A stretch of 64,000 nucleotides of DNA from the human T2T-CHM13v2.0 reference genome, Homo sapiens: the NCBI RefSeq assembly GCF_009914755.1, contig NC_060936.1; one strand, given 5' to 3'. The notes beneath the pieces are model-generated. The model saw only the letters and a list, made by a program, of their open reading frames with translations. It made no database searches and was not told where the DNA came from. Positions within the stretch are counted from its first letter, which is position 1, and every line of letters begins with the position of its first letter. A program made the translations under genes and the position numbers. This document shows positions 1 through 13,977 of the stretch, piece by piece.

Positions 1-209
1 ATATGTGCCACATTTTCTTAATCCAATCTATCATTGATGGACATTTGGGTTGATTCCAAGTCTTTACTATTGTGAATAGTGCTGCAATAAACATACGTGT
101 GCATGTGTCTTTATAGCAGCATGATTTATAATCCTTTGGGTATATACCCAGTAATGGGATGGCTGGATTAAATGGTATTTTTAGTTCTAGATCCTTGAGG
201 AATCGCCAC
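1..209 (-). mobile_element. L1PA-type LINE-1 fragment (ORF2 3' end), 5'-truncated, inserted into an older L1
   Basis: Close match to recalled primate L1 antisense text (gtgcatgtgtctttatagcagcatgatttataatcctttgggtatatacccagtaatggg...gaggaatcgccac); abrupt switch to a more diverged L1 at 210. Confidence 0.9.
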
Positions 210-1243
210 TCCCAGTGTCTGATATTTCAATCATTATGTCCATGTGTGCTTATTGTTTAGCTTCCACTTACCAGTGAGAACATGCAGTATTTGGTTTGCT
301 GTGTCTGAGTGAGTTCACTTAGGATAATGACTTCCCACTCCATCCATGTTGCTGTAAAGGATACGATTTCATTCTTTTTTATTGCTGAGTAGTATCCCAT
401 GGTGTATATATATGACATTTTCTTTATTTGGTCAACCATTGATGGACACTTGGGTTTGTTCCTTGACTTTGCTATTGTGAATAGCACTGTGATAAACATG
501 AGGGCAGGTGTCTTTTTTACACTTCTTTTCCTTGGGTAGATGCCCAGTAGTGGGATTTCTGGGTCCAATGTAGTTCTATTTTTCAGTTTTCTGAGAAATC
601 TCCATACTGTTTTCCATAGATGTTTAACTAATTTACATTCCCACCAATGGTGTATAAGCATTCCCTTTTCTCTGCATCCATGCCAACATCTGTTGTTTTT
701 TTTGACTTTTATTAATAGCCATTCTGACTGGTGTTAGACGATAGCTCAGTGTGGTTTTAATTTGCATTTCTCTGATGATAGTGATATTGGACATTTTTTT
801 CATGTGTTTGTTGGCTGCTTGTATTTCTTCTTTCGAGAAATGTCTGTTCATGTCCTTTGCCCAGTTTTTAATGGGGTTGTTTGTTTTTTCTTGTGAAGTT
901 GAATTCCTTGTAGATTCTGGATATTAGCCCTTCATCAGATGCATAGTTTGCAAATATTTCTTCCCATTCTGTGGGTTATCTGTTTACTCATAATTGGTTC
1001 TTTGGCTGTGCAAAGGTTTTTAGTTTAATTAAGTCCCATTGTCTATTTTTGTTTTTATTGCATTTGCTTTTGAGGACTTGGTCATAAATTATTTGCCTAG
1101 GCCAATGTCCAGAAGAGTTTTTCCTAGGTTTTCTTCTAGGATTTTTATAGTTTCAGGTCTTACATTTCAGTCTTTAATCCTTCTTGAGTTAATTTTTGTA
1201 TATGGTGAGAGATATGAGTCCAGTTTCATTCTTCAGCATATGG
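210..1243 (-). mobile_element. Older LINE-1 (L1PA15-17/L1PB-like), 3' ORF2 and part of 3'UTR
   Basis: ORFs 257..661 and 633..851 give degenerate L1 ORF2 C-terminus ([32 protein letters not shown]; [19 protein letters not shown]). Confidence 0.9.
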
Positions 1244-1562
1244 TTTTGATAGGGATTTCTTAAGCTCGACCAGCATGTTTTTAAGTATATAAGTGGAGGG
1301 AGATTATCTCTAGAACACGGGGACAAAAGAATCAAAACACATGACCCTTGCTTCCCCAAAATGAATTTCCAAAATATTGAGAAATAGCATATGCACATAT
1401 GAACTAAATAGCAAAAGCAAACATCTAGCAATGTAAGCCATGCTGCGTATTGATTACTGAAGAAATGGAAAATAAGGACAAAGAACGGGAATCTTCAGGG
1501 AAATTTTTCTCATGAAGGGAAATTTTTAACAGGTCTTAAGGAAGATCATAGTAATTATACTT

Positions 1563-1770
1563 CAGAGGTTGCAAATTTATGGCCCATGTTTTGCTAGGCC
1601 AGCATGATGTTTTAAAAAACAACTTAGATTTGAATGCCTGTCTATGAAACATGCCTTATCCAGTTTAGCCATCCTTGGTACCACTACGTAGTGTTTTATT
1701 CCATCATTTACTCTATCGTGAGTATATTGTTTGCCTGTCAACTGAGTACATTTAAATTTGTAGCTCCTAG
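1563..1770. mobile_element. hAT-Charlie DNA transposon fossil (MER117-like)
   Basis: Degenerate terminal inverted repeats cagaggttgcaaat ... atttgtagctcctag, ~200 bp; internal resemblance to recalled MER117. Confidence 0.4.
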
Positions 1771-3955
1771 ATGTAAGTTGTCATAAAGTAGTGGGCAATC
1801 ATTCATTCTTGGGAGACGAGTATGTGCAAAGGCAAAGAGATGTGAGCCATAAATGTGTGTGTGTGAAATAGGGATGTAATAGAAATTGTCCTATATGAAG
1901 CTTAGAGACTGTTGGTGGAATTACAATAGATGAAAAATGGTTAGTTCCAGAAGGACCAAGTGATTGAGACCTGTAATTACTAGTCCAGAGAATTTAAATT
2001 TTCCCCATTAAGCAGTTGTCTACTACTTTAAGTTCTTGGGTTCAAGAGTTATTTGAGTCACTTAAAAAAAGATATTTGACTGCTATATAATGGTTAAACT
2101 TGATTGAAGAGAAAGATATGACCTTGAAAGCTTTGCAGTACTCTAGGTAGGAGATAATAGTTTGGATAAAGGGGGTAGTTCTGGAGGTGAAAAAAAACAG
2201 AAAAGAGAGTGTCCTGACAAGTAAGAGAAAAAGTGTTAGACAAGAACTATACAGAAATAAGTTATGAAACTACCGTTTCCACAGAGAGTAAGAAAATTGG
2301 TGAGAAATGGCAGGATCTAATGTGCTGTTACAAAGGTGGCAAAATAAATAAAAGCTGGTTTTCATATTAGCACACAGCAGCTCACAATCCTGTTCATGGG
2401 TTTATTGCCTTCCAGCAGTTACTCACGGCTCTAGCTGCTTGACTGTGCCTCTTGTCAAGAAAGAAATAGCAGCCATATGGGGTCTTCTGTATTTTATTCA
2501 TTAAAGCTTCTTTTATTTGTTGTTTTAATGTATTTAATTCACTAAATTATTACAGATGTTTTATATTACAATGCTAATAAGAAAAATACGAAAAGATGCC
2601 CAACTTCTTTTAAGCCTGGTAGAAGTGGAAACATTTTTCCTTCTGCCTGTTCAAGTTTCAGTTGATCCTTTCTGAAAATGCTGACTTAAAATGGATGGTC
2701 TCTAACAATTTTAAGTAGTGAGAAAGGGGAACAAATTATAATTGACATTTTGAAGAAATCATTATACATTCTGCTTTGAGAAAGTTCAAGACATTGAGAA
2801 TTTGGAAGCCTCATGAAGAGCCCACAAAGTGCATTATTTTTTCCCTAGTATCTTCAATACTATTTGAGTACATTAAATATATAGAAATGCTTATAGTATG
2901 TTAGCATTTTTTGGTTGTATTTGTTGAAGTGTGTGAAAATCTAAGAACCAGCTTTTGTGGATGGGTTTTGTGGGAAGTACACTTCATGTTGAACAAAGGG
3001 AGATAGTCTTCCCAAGCAAGCACTGCATTTATGTGTGATTCATATATGTGGATTAGACCACTTAGGAATAAACACAACAAAGAAAAGAAACTTCCCTCTG
3101 GGCTTCATGATTTATATGAATTAAATTTGTCACTGTTAAGGTAGATCCAGAAGGCTCACTTAAGATTGTATTCTCCAAACCCTGGGCTGCATTAAAGCTT
3201 ATGATATAGCCACAGGTAACTATGTTAGATTTTTCTTTGAACTTGTCTGCTAATTGGAGCCCTGTCACTGCAGAAAGCAGTTTAAATTTAATTAAGGAAC
3301 AGGAAACTCCCAAGTCTAATTTTGTCCCTGAGTTGCTGTATGGGTTGTCTCTCAGGACTTTAACAGCTGTTGAGTGAAGGTTTGTGAGTGTATACTAAAG
3401 CATAACCCAGTGAAACATCACAATCACAATCTAGCATTGTGGCTTCTTTCTACATAGGATAACTCTCCCAATTCCATACACATTGCATTAAACCATTAGA
3501 CTCCTGCTTACTTTGATGCTGTTTTTAAGGGTACCTTCAAATAAGGGCCAAATTTAATAATAATATAAATTACAAGTCAAACAAATAACTCAATTTTCCT
3601 TTCTTCTAGTCTAGATGTAATTTTCCTAATTGTTTTTGGTGCTAAATCCTCCCAAAATAATCAGGTCATCTGAATCTACAGAGAAAAACTGAAATGCAAT
3701 TAAATTAGAAAATGCATATAAAAAATCTTTGCAAAGAATTAGGAAATTTTAAAATATTATCAAAATACAATTTCAACAAAAACCAACTTCCCAAGACACG
3801 TTTATAAATTTCTCTAAGATTGATGTCAAGGGGATAGCAGAACTCTCCTTCCTCCATTAGCTCCTTGGAGCAGGCACAGTATGCATTCATTTTGAACAGT
3901 TTGCCTGTGGAGGCAAGAGCTTCACAAGGTACTGACATGGGAGACTTGCGCTAAC

Positions 3956-4387
3956 ATTAAATAAAATTTACAGGGGCCATTGGTTTGGGCTGAGCTCCTG
4001 CATTAGGCCCAACAAACCAAAGTAAACTGGAGTTACTGATGCTGAAGTTCCACACCATCAAGCCAAAACTAAGCTGTTTATCTGATCTTCTGAAAAACCA
4101 GGAGAGAGAGAGATTTAATAGCAAAATCCCCAAAAGAGGCCCATTTTAGCTGGCATGATAAGGAAGTCCCCACTGCTTTAACCTTTACAAGGAAAGTAGC
4201 TGAAACGATCAATCCCTTTTTGCTCTGTTTCTGCTTTCTTCAGCTATTTTCTGCCCATAAAGCCAAACTCTCCTGCTCAGCTCGTTGGAACACTCATTCC
4301 ATTTTATAGAATGAAGTGTTGCCTGATTCTAGAATTGCGAATTAAAGCAAATTTGAACTATGTTTGTTATAATTTTGTCTTTTGACA
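3956..4387 (+). mobile_element. Solo LTR (LTR47/MER34-like)
   Basis: ggccattggtttgggctgagctcctgcattaggcccaac... motif, internal cataaag TATA-like box, attaaa poly(A) signal, ends ttttgaca. Confidence 0.6.
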
Positions 4388-6049
4388 CTAACCATGGATG
4401 TTCAACTTTTTTTGGTGGAAATTATATTTGCATATAGAAGAGACATAAAATATAATTAGTAAGCATTCTCAAATTGCCAACAATACTAACACTTTTAAAA
4501 AACTAGCAGTTTTATCTCAAATGAATAAAACGTTGGGATAATTCTGTGAAATCTTTCACTCCTCTTCCAAGTATGTTGCTTTGAATAAATACAGCTTAAG
4601 AATCTCCCTAACATATTGTTACCATGTTACTATGTGCTGTAAATGCAATAGTCTTAAAGACCAAATTCTAACCACAACCATGTATTTCCTTTGTTTTATA
4701 TATTTAGGTCAGGCACTTAACATGGCTTTAACATAGTTCCTTTGTGGTTTAATTTCCTTTGTGATTATTTATTTTATGTAATGGGAGTGTAAAAATGTCC
4801 CAAGGACTGAAAACAAATTGCAGCTCCTTTTTAACATAGGCACTAAGAAGTACTCTGTTACTTTGCCTTTGGGTGAATATTAAACTTTCAGGATCATTTT
4901 GGGTAAAAAATGCAACAGTGAGACATTTACATTTTCTTAATAAAACAAACACGGGAGACTACATTCACGGGCATTCTTTCACACTCTCTTGGGCCCAAGT
5001 CTTATAACAAACAAGGAATGAGAAAATATGGACTCCTCAGTGTGCAATGCCACTCAGCAGCTCATAACGGCTCCCTGGAGATATGGAAGGATTCCTGGAA
5101 GTATGAAGAAGGAAAGGTGAACTAAATCATCAGGGCAGGACCCCAGGGTCGCTCTGAGCTTCCTAACCGTGCAAAGGGAGATATGCATCCAGCTTGTAAG
5201 TGCTAAAGCTGCAAAGAGGTTTTTCACTCCAAATTTACCATCGAGTCTACTAATGTGTGTTTGCTTTGGGCACTTCAGCTTATACCTTGATAGCGAACAG
5301 GTCTGTTTTAATGGTACGTGTAATTTTCAATTCTCATTAAAGGTGTTGTTTCTCAAGATGGGAGTTTTTGTGGGTTTTTTTGTTTTGTTTTAATATTCAC
5401 TTACCTGTTCATTTAGTAAGTAACAGAAATATATTCTCTTATGCTTTGGACTTTATGAACATAATGTATTCATCAAATTTTAAAATGCATCTCTACTAGA
5501 ATATCCTTTTATTTTACCTGGGACTTAACAAAACTTTAACACCTGGATAAATTTAGAGTTCTTTTGAACTAAATGAAATCACTCAATATCTAACAGTTAC
5601 TTTACAGCTGTTAATAGTTTTAACAACTTTTTTCAGTTGCCCAGAGGAGGAAAATGTGGTCCATTTCACCTCCTTATATAAAATAAAATGAATTTCAGTG
5701 GGAACAATAGTTTAAAAAAGGGAAGGCCGGTTTATTTTCATAGGACGAGCATTTCAGTTAATTAAAAAACTAAGAATCATGCTTAAATTAAATCATTTTC
5801 CTTAAATTAAAAATAAGAATACTCTAAGAAATAGATAAAAAATGAATAATGATTTTCTTCCAATTCATATTTTCATTATGGGTAGAGAATATATTTTGAA
5901 ATGACATGGAGAAGTGTTTTCCTAAAAACATTTATTATCTGAATCACGAAGTGCAGTTTTCCTAAAATGTAATAAAAGTCAACATTATGTTAAATTAATG
6001 GTAAAGAGAAACACATTTTTAAATAAATTTTTTTTTATTAAAACACATT

Positions 6050-6050
<1 letters not shown>

Positions 6051-6081
<31 letters not shown>

Positions 6082-6084
6082 AAA
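6051..6084 (+). repeat. (TAAA)n microsatellite
   Basis: About 7 consecutive TAAA units. Confidence 0.9.
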
Positions 6085-9000
6085 GAAAACACAATTTTAA
6101 ATAGTCTTTGTCTTTTTTTAAGAGGATGTATAGTCAAGAAAATAAAGACATAATTATAATAAATATTATTCTGAAAATTTACAAAATTATTAAACAAAAT
6201 CAGATACTTTAAAAGCTGGTTTAAAAAATTTAATATTATTAAAACTTTCATAAGTTCTTTTCTTCACCCAAGAAAGTTATGATCACAATACTGCCTAATT
6301 TGTGAGGACGTGTTTTACTACATAAACAAATAATTGCATACAAGCATGATTCTGCAGTTCAGTTCACAATGTTTAAGACCAACCATGCTGATTTAAATAA
6401 AAATATTTCCCTAATGAACCCTTATTAACTTTCTTTTTTCATAAAACATGTGTTTCCACTACTTCCAAAGGTCTGGTAATCGTTCATGCAAATGAAAAAA
6501 AAAAGTATGTTTTCCATACATGCATAAGTTGTTCCACAAACATCTGGTAACGAAACTTTGAAAGCTGCTAGATTCTGAGCCAGCCCAGGTGTTCACTACA
6601 ACATCTCTAGAACTAAGAAATTGCTCGCAGTAATTTGTTGCAACTCGTATTGGCATTTTTACGGTTATGATGAGGCAAAGGGTGATGACATCATGTACTA
6701 ATGTTATGAAGGTGCTGTGAATTCAGTGTGAAAATTCCATCAATGAGTGATTGTTACTGAAATTGACTACATTGGTGGCCATCACATGTTGCCAAATGAA
6801 ACATCTGGGCACAAAGTTAGCAGTGGCACACCTTGTAAATAACTTAATTGAAATTAATTGCCAGAAGTTTGCAGCACTGTACATAGTTAATAAGTACCAT
6901 TTCTCATTCTTCTGCAATGTTTTGGGCTTAAGAATCTTGTATTTTTGAATTCTGTTGTAGTAGCTTGCGATGAAAGTAAAACATGTAGAAAATGTATGAT
7001 GAAACAAGAAGACCATAAGGAAATAAAAAACATTATGTAAGGAAGAAAACATTCAATCTTCTATACCTTCTTTCATTAATAAAATTTTTTTCACAAAAAT
7101 AATTTTTAAATTTATGTATAAAACCATTTTTCAAAAGAGGAATAATTTGAATAAAAGAGGAAAATGTTGAATAATTAGATATAGGTCTCCATTTGTCCAG
7201 AAACAAATGTCCAGTATTTTGCCCAAGTTGTAAATGTCAAGTGCTTGTTGTGTTGATAAAAACATTTGAAATTATTATATATAATAAACCCACACATCTG
7301 AAGAGACCAAAAGGCTGTTCTATGGAAAAACCTGGAAACTAAGATTAAGAAACACAGGTCTTATTTTTGCTGTACAGATTCTTACACATTTAGCCTCTTC
7401 ATACCTCATAAATGCAGAAAACAGGTAGCCAAAAATATAGACTGCAGCAAAGACGTTGCAGTCAACACAAATGAATTGTGGTGTCACTAATGTAGCATTG
7501 CTCAGCCTGAGAAGATGTTCAGTAAATATTAACATCAATTCCTTGTTCTTTCCTTCTTAGCTCCCCTTACCTTTCAATTTTTGCTTCTTAAAAAAAGTTT
7601 TGCGAATGTAAAGCTGTTTAAAGATACTGAATGTCGATATTTTAAAACCGGCTTGAAACAATGAAAACCCAATTAACAAACTGAAGTTTATATTTGCCTT
7701 GAAAGTACCACAACTTATATTGACATACTGTGACATAAACTTCCATAATGCCCTTAATATTTCTGAAACTTATATATAAGATATTTATTTTTTTAAATAT
7801 TATTTTGTCCTGTATGGTCAACATGAAGATCCATATGATTAACCTGTTTTAGAGTTTAATACTAGGAAGAAGTTTTCCTAACTGGTATGATTCTTTTTAT
7901 TATATTTTAAAAACCCGTGTAACTAAAAAACCCTGTATCTTTTGGCTTGACTATGAAGGTCAAAGCTAATTTTTTTTTCCTTAAGTCAATAGCTATCCTG
8001 AGGCCAGGCCTTCTGGTACAACCAAATTGCCTTTTCTGCCCTTTCCCTTTTATATTTCTTGAATTTTGTGCTTTTACCTTTGCTTCAATCATTAGTTATA
8101 TCTGTTCTCTATATAAATTAGCTGGGGTTTAAATAATACATACTCTAGAACACCTAGAACTGTCAGTTGGTATTCTCTCATATAAAATATTTATGATTCA
8201 AAAAGTCTATTCTTCCTAGAGCCGTAGAATATTTCATATCTGAATTTTTTGCTCTTTATAGCTCATTATAGAAAAAAATCACACTTTATAACAAGAATAT
8301 TATATTTTGTTTTTGATAAGAGTCTCTTATGTTTACAAATATAGCTTTTCATATAATCACACAACCTAGGTTTTACAAAAAAAATTTAGTTTCTTTTTCT
8401 GAACAGAAAAAAATACCTTCTATCTCTTCATAGAAGTAATGGTGGTACTTTGTCATAATGGACGTATTGTTCAGGCAGAGTGAGTTAAATGCGCCATCCA
8501 AATGCAAGAAAGGATTTGATTTAATCTTTGCTTTTGTTAGGAACACGCATGGAGAGTATGGGCAGAGAAGCAGTTTTCACTTATGGTTTTAATCTTAAAT
8601 GTTTGAATCCCTGTAAGTTTCCTTGAGGATAATATTTTAATGGTATCTGAGCAAATTAAATAGAATGGAGAATATGTGGAAGGAATGGCAATTAACAGAG
8701 TCATATGAAATCAATGACAGTTGATTTCTAATCGCATTTCCACTCGGCTAGTTTTCACTACAAATGAATTTATTTTATAACAAAAATATATAAATATTTT
8801 GGAGTTGCATACAGAGCTATATGATTTTAGGGTCTATCTCCATGGTTTAAGGAATAAAATAAGTTCTAGTTCTTAAGGATCTTGCTATTAATAACAACAA
8901 CTGCATGTATTAAAGCTATACAAGAGTTTAGAGGAGAACAAATGAGTCAGGGATTTTGCTAATTAATTGTAGAATTGACAATTTAGGAAGGTTGTTAGGA

Positions 9001-9240
9001 GACAGTCCTGAACAGCAGTAGAAATAAAGAGCAGGATGTATAAAAATGCTGAAGGAAGGATCAAGCTAAAAAGTATTTCTCAGAGATAAATGAACAGTTC
9101 TAATTCTTGTTTTGGTGTAGCATTTTTCTTGCCAATATCTGCATACTCTAGGAGAAAGTAAATTCTTTAGCTAGTTTTTTTGAATCCAAAGCACTTGCAA
9201 TGGCTTTGAGAAAGTCTTACTAAAAAAACTGGTATGTAGC

Positions 9241-9562
<322 letters not shown>

Positions 9563-10199
9563 AACACTGGGAAATAGTAAGATTAATAGCATGGGAATGG
9601 ATTATGAAGATCCATTCCTTCACTCAACTAATTTGGCAGCATCCATTATGCTTCAGGTCCTCTGCCAGGATCTAGGAATACAAGACCAATAATCCTACTA
9701 CTGCCTCATCCTGTAATTAATATTCATAATAATGATCTTAACTTGTTGAAAAAATATTAAATTACATTAGGTAAGTTTTATTTCAAAAGACGGAGAAGTA
9801 CAGAGACAACAAGTTGACTTACGGTGTTAAAAGTCAAGTTAATGGTTATGCTTGGTAGAAATGGGGGATGGGTAGTGAAAGGAGGGACCACAAAAGAGGC
9901 TTTTGAGAATCTGGCAGTGTGTTTCTTGACTGTGTGTGGGTTACAGGAGTGTACGTGAGTGTATTTGCTTTGTGAGCATTCGCTGACTTGCACATTTGGG
10001 ATTTGCACACTTTTCTGAATTTTTACTTTAATAAAGATGTACATAAAGTTGAAAAAAAAGGCAAGGAAATATTTCATAGGTAATTGAAAGACATGTCTTC
10101 CTTTCCTTTTTCAGCCAAGCTTCGTCAGCTTTTTCTAACTCCTAAAGCCACTACAACATTCCAACAGATTCCATCTGACAGTCCAGTGATCCAGCTCTA

Positions 10200-10930
10200 A
10201 GATTGCTAATGACAGAATCACCATCTCCTATGGCCACTCTTCAATCCCCTCCTGTGATGGCTCTAGTCCCTTTGATGCTTTGGCTATTCTTTCCTTTTGA
10301 AACTTTCTCCTAATTTGGCTTTCGTGATGCCGCACTCTCGGAGCCTAATTCTAATTATTAAACTGTTGCTTCTCAGCCCCCATCGCTAGATTTTCTTCTA
10401 ACCACTTCTTAAATATTGGTGTTCTGGGTTCCACCCTCAGCCTATTCTCCTCCCTTCTTTCTGGTTTTAACTACAGTCCATCGAAAATGCTCAAATCCGT
10501 ATCTCCATCTCCAAACTTAAGATTCATTTTTATATTTTGAATTGTTTACTTGGCATTTCCACCTACTTTCTTTTAAATAACTCAAACTCTGTAAGTTCCA
10601 ACTGAAATTATTGTCCAAATGTCAGAATTCTGATTTTCATCAACTATTTCCTGTCTCAATTAGCAATCTATCCTTAGCCCAGTCATCCAAGGTAGATATT
10701 TGTGAAAAATTCTCTTTATGTCATTTTTCCCTCAATCCCCACATGAATAAACCACCATGTTTGTAATTAATACCAATTAAATAATTTTCAAATTTACCCT
10801 CTGTTCTCCATTTTGATGAAGTAGGTTTAGTTTGTACCCTCATTTTCTTTTTTTCTCCTAGAATATTTTTTATATCCCCATAAATAGGTCCTCTGTCTTA
10901 GATCTGGACATCCCTCTTGTCTGTTATTCA
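10200..10930 (+). mobile_element. L2 LINE fossil
   Basis: Pyrimidine-rich degenerate L2 motifs (ggctttcgtgatgccgcactctc, ctcaaatccgtatctcc, ctcaaactc..tccaactgaa, cccagtcatccaag). Confidence 0.6.
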
Positions 10931-10977
10931 CATTGCTGCTATAGTCATCACACTGCTGCTATAATCATCACACTGCT
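10929..10977 (+). repeat. 20-bp tandem repeat, ~2.4 copies
   Basis: cacattgctgctatagtcat / cacactgctgctataatcat / cacactgct. Confidence 0.85.
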
Positions 10978-11233
10978 ATCAATACTATATATAGCACAAT
11001 TCAAAGAGCATTTCCTGGTTAGGATGGCAGCATGAACACAGCTGTCTAAAACCTCAATTAACATCTTCCTATTGAAATTCAAGAATGGTTTAACCCCAGC
11101 ATTGGTACTAGAAACTATGGAAGGGTACCATTGACCTGTCACAACACTCAAGAGATTCCTAATAGTTTTAGGGCAAATGGAGCCACGTTGAGGAAAAAGT
11201 CAAGAGAACCTGCTCTTATGAAATAACAGAGGA

Positions 11234-11554
11234 GGCCAGGCACAGTGGCTCACGCCTGTAATCCCTGCACTTTGGGAGGCCGAGGCTGGTGGTTCACCTG
11301 AGGTCTGAAGTTCGAGACCAGCCTGGCCAACATGATGAAAACCCATCTCTACTAAAAATACAAAAAATTAGTCAGGCGTGGTGGTGGGCACCTGTAATCC
11401 CAGCTATTCAAGAGACTGAGGCAGAAGAATCACTTGAACCCAGGAGGCAGAGGTTGTAGTGAGCCGAGATTGCACCACTGCACTCCAGCCTGAGCAAAAG
11501 AAAGAAAGAAACTCTGTCTCAAAAAAAAAAAAAAAAAAAAAAAAGGAAAGGAAA
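11234..11554 (+). mobile_element. AluS (Sq/Sx-like)
   Basis: Full dimer, A24 tail, TSD gaaataacag on both sides. Confidence 0.95.
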
Positions 11555-11974
11555 GAAATAACAGGAAAGATCAGAGGCAAGTCTATAAACTGAGACAATG
11601 GAAAGTAATCTTTTAAAAAAGGACAACATTTAAAAGTGGTTGAATGAGAAAAGGGAAGATTTAATAAACTAAAAATGCAATGGGTTTTTTAAAAAGTCTT
11701 CATAAGAAAAGAAGCAACATTGCAGAAAATAAAATTAGTTTTCAGAAGAAAAAGGGTGGCGAGACAAAGGGATGAGAACAAAGATGATAGATCTATATTT
11801 TTGCCATCATAAGCAAGAATGTAAAGAGCATTCTTATATATAAATCTTTGCATGTTATCTGCTTATTTCTTTAAAAAAGTTTTAATTGTAGAAACACTTG
11901 GTTGTGCACTTAGAAAAAATCTGCAATGTGTTATCGAATTACCTTACAAAATGATTATATAGATTTATCTGTTA

Positions 11975-12404
<430 letters not shown>

Positions 12405-12789
12405 CTATATTGTTTTAAATTCTATTAATGTTTATCTTCAATATTTGAAAATATACATCTCAAAATTTGTTGACAGTGGCATTAAGTTTGCATCAGCATT
12501 TCTGTTATTTAAATTGAACTCACTGTTGAACTACCTTTGGTACTCTTCCCAATTCCTTTTTTACTATCATTTCTCCTTTCTTTTATTGTTTATTTTGATG
12601 CATCTCTCATTGGGCTGGGACACCTCTTGATACATTTTTCATTAAGGATATTTGGGTTTTTATCCATAATATGTACACCCATATTCCTCTTCCTTGGTTC
12701 CCTTAACCCTCTAATTAACAATTGTATCTATAGCCCAATTTTCTTTAGGAATAATCACATTTTACATAAGGTATACCTACATTGATAAC

Positions 12790-12925
12790 TCCTAGATGTT
12801 AAAATATTCAATGAACATGAGTTTAAGAAAAAAAATGAATATTTGGGTGGTATACTTTCTGAGCCATACATATAAGAGAATGTCTTTCTGTTGCCATCAT
12901 ATGCAAACAACAATCTAGCTGGGCA
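12790..12925 (-). mobile_element. HAL1/L1ME ancient LINE fragment
   Basis: gggtggtatactttctgagc..gaatgtctttctgttgcc..tagctggg resembles recalled HAL1/L1ME antisense. Confidence 0.4.
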
Positions 12926-13016
12926 TGACTTTTGTTCTTTTTTTATGGTCTCCTGACATTTGCAGAGCAGAAGTCAAGGGCTACCACTCCTCGTTAGAAT
13001 TTGCCAATAAGAAGCA

Positions 13017-13977
13017 AGTGCTTCTTTCTGCAGCCAAATACTGCAGAAAGGTGCAATGGATCAGAGAATCCATGTTGACCAAATGTACCAGCACAAAAGT
13101 GGAATTGAATCTTCTCTAAAAGAGAGCAAGCGATTTTTTGACAAACTCCATAATGAAGTTAATAGTTAACTGGAGTGACTCATGCCTGCAGTCCTAGCTA
13201 CTTGGGAAGCTAAGGTGGGTGGACTGTTTGAGCCCAGGAGTTTGAGGCTGCAGTGAGGTATGATTGCACCACTGCACTACTGCCTGGGCAACAGCAAGAC
13301 CTTGCCTGTAAAATAAATACATAAATAAATTTTTAAAAGAAATTAGTAAGACTTTGGAAAAGATCAGCCACTGTGAAAAGTACATCAACCATCAGCTTGA
13401 GCACAGGGTTCAAGAATATCCTGCAGCTCAAACCCAGCTGAGTGATGTAAGGAGCCAGCAAGGAAGTGGTGGAGTAATTGAAAGGACCAGACTTCTGTCT
13501 GAGGCTACAGAAGACAGAACACGTAAAACTAGAAATGGAAGAAAAGTGCAGCAGCATGACTGATGGTGATTCTTTGGTTAAGAGGTGGTGATTCTTTGGT
13601 TAAGATTAAACAGAGCTTAACAAAACTGAAGCAAGAAACTGTTCAGATGGACATTAGAATTGGTGTTGTGGAACACACATTACTCTAATCAAAACTGGAG
13701 AAACCCAGTGTGACTAAGGACATACACATGACCATTATTCCAGAATCAGCAATAGATTCATATTAAAACAGGGTTTTTTCATGCTTCTGATTAGTCGTTC
13801 TTTATTTCAAATTACATCTCATGTTGCATAGATTTAAAAACATAATTATACCTCTTAAGGCATGTTCAATGGGTATTTTTTATACATACACACATATTCT
13901 ATCATGGTGATTATGGTGGTTAAAGCCTTTACATTGAATATAATGCTTAATAAAATAATTACATTTTTTTAAAAAAA
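13017..13977 (+). pseudogene. IFT57P1: Processed, 5'-truncated pseudogene of IFT57 (HIPPI), C-terminal coiled-coil region plus 3'UTR
   Basis: Translates DQRIHVDQMYQHKSGIESSLKESKRFFDKLHNE (from 13059), then TLEKISHCEKYINHQLE..QQGSGGVIERTRLLSE and LVKIKQSLTKLKQETVQMDIRIGVVEHTLL*..PESAIDSY*, matching the recalled IFT57 C-terminus; intronless; frameshifts; premature TAA 13686-88; native stop 13764-66; AATAAA 13949-54; A-tract; TSD aagaagca at 13009-16 and 13976-83. The P1 suffix is from memory. Confidence 0.92.
13166..13337 (+). mobile_element. Alu right-arm monomer (FRAM/AluJ) inside the IFT57 pseudogene
   Basis: Single monomer with gaggctgcagtgaggtatgattgcaccactgcac; duplicates the pseudogene target gaa(g/a)tta(a/g)ta. 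Confidence 0.9.

Noticed and set aside
257-851. L1 ORF2-like peptides as a CDS (also 29510-29925)
   Set aside because: Truncated, frameshifted LINE-1 fossils
5399-5407. Perfect minus-strand donor CAG|GTAAGT
   Set aside because: Isolated 9-mer without a convincing acceptor or reading frame; plausible by chance in 64 kb
13354-13563. 69-aa IFT57-like ORF as a functional gene
   Set aside because: TTG start, frameshifts, premature stop, Alu insertion and 5' truncation
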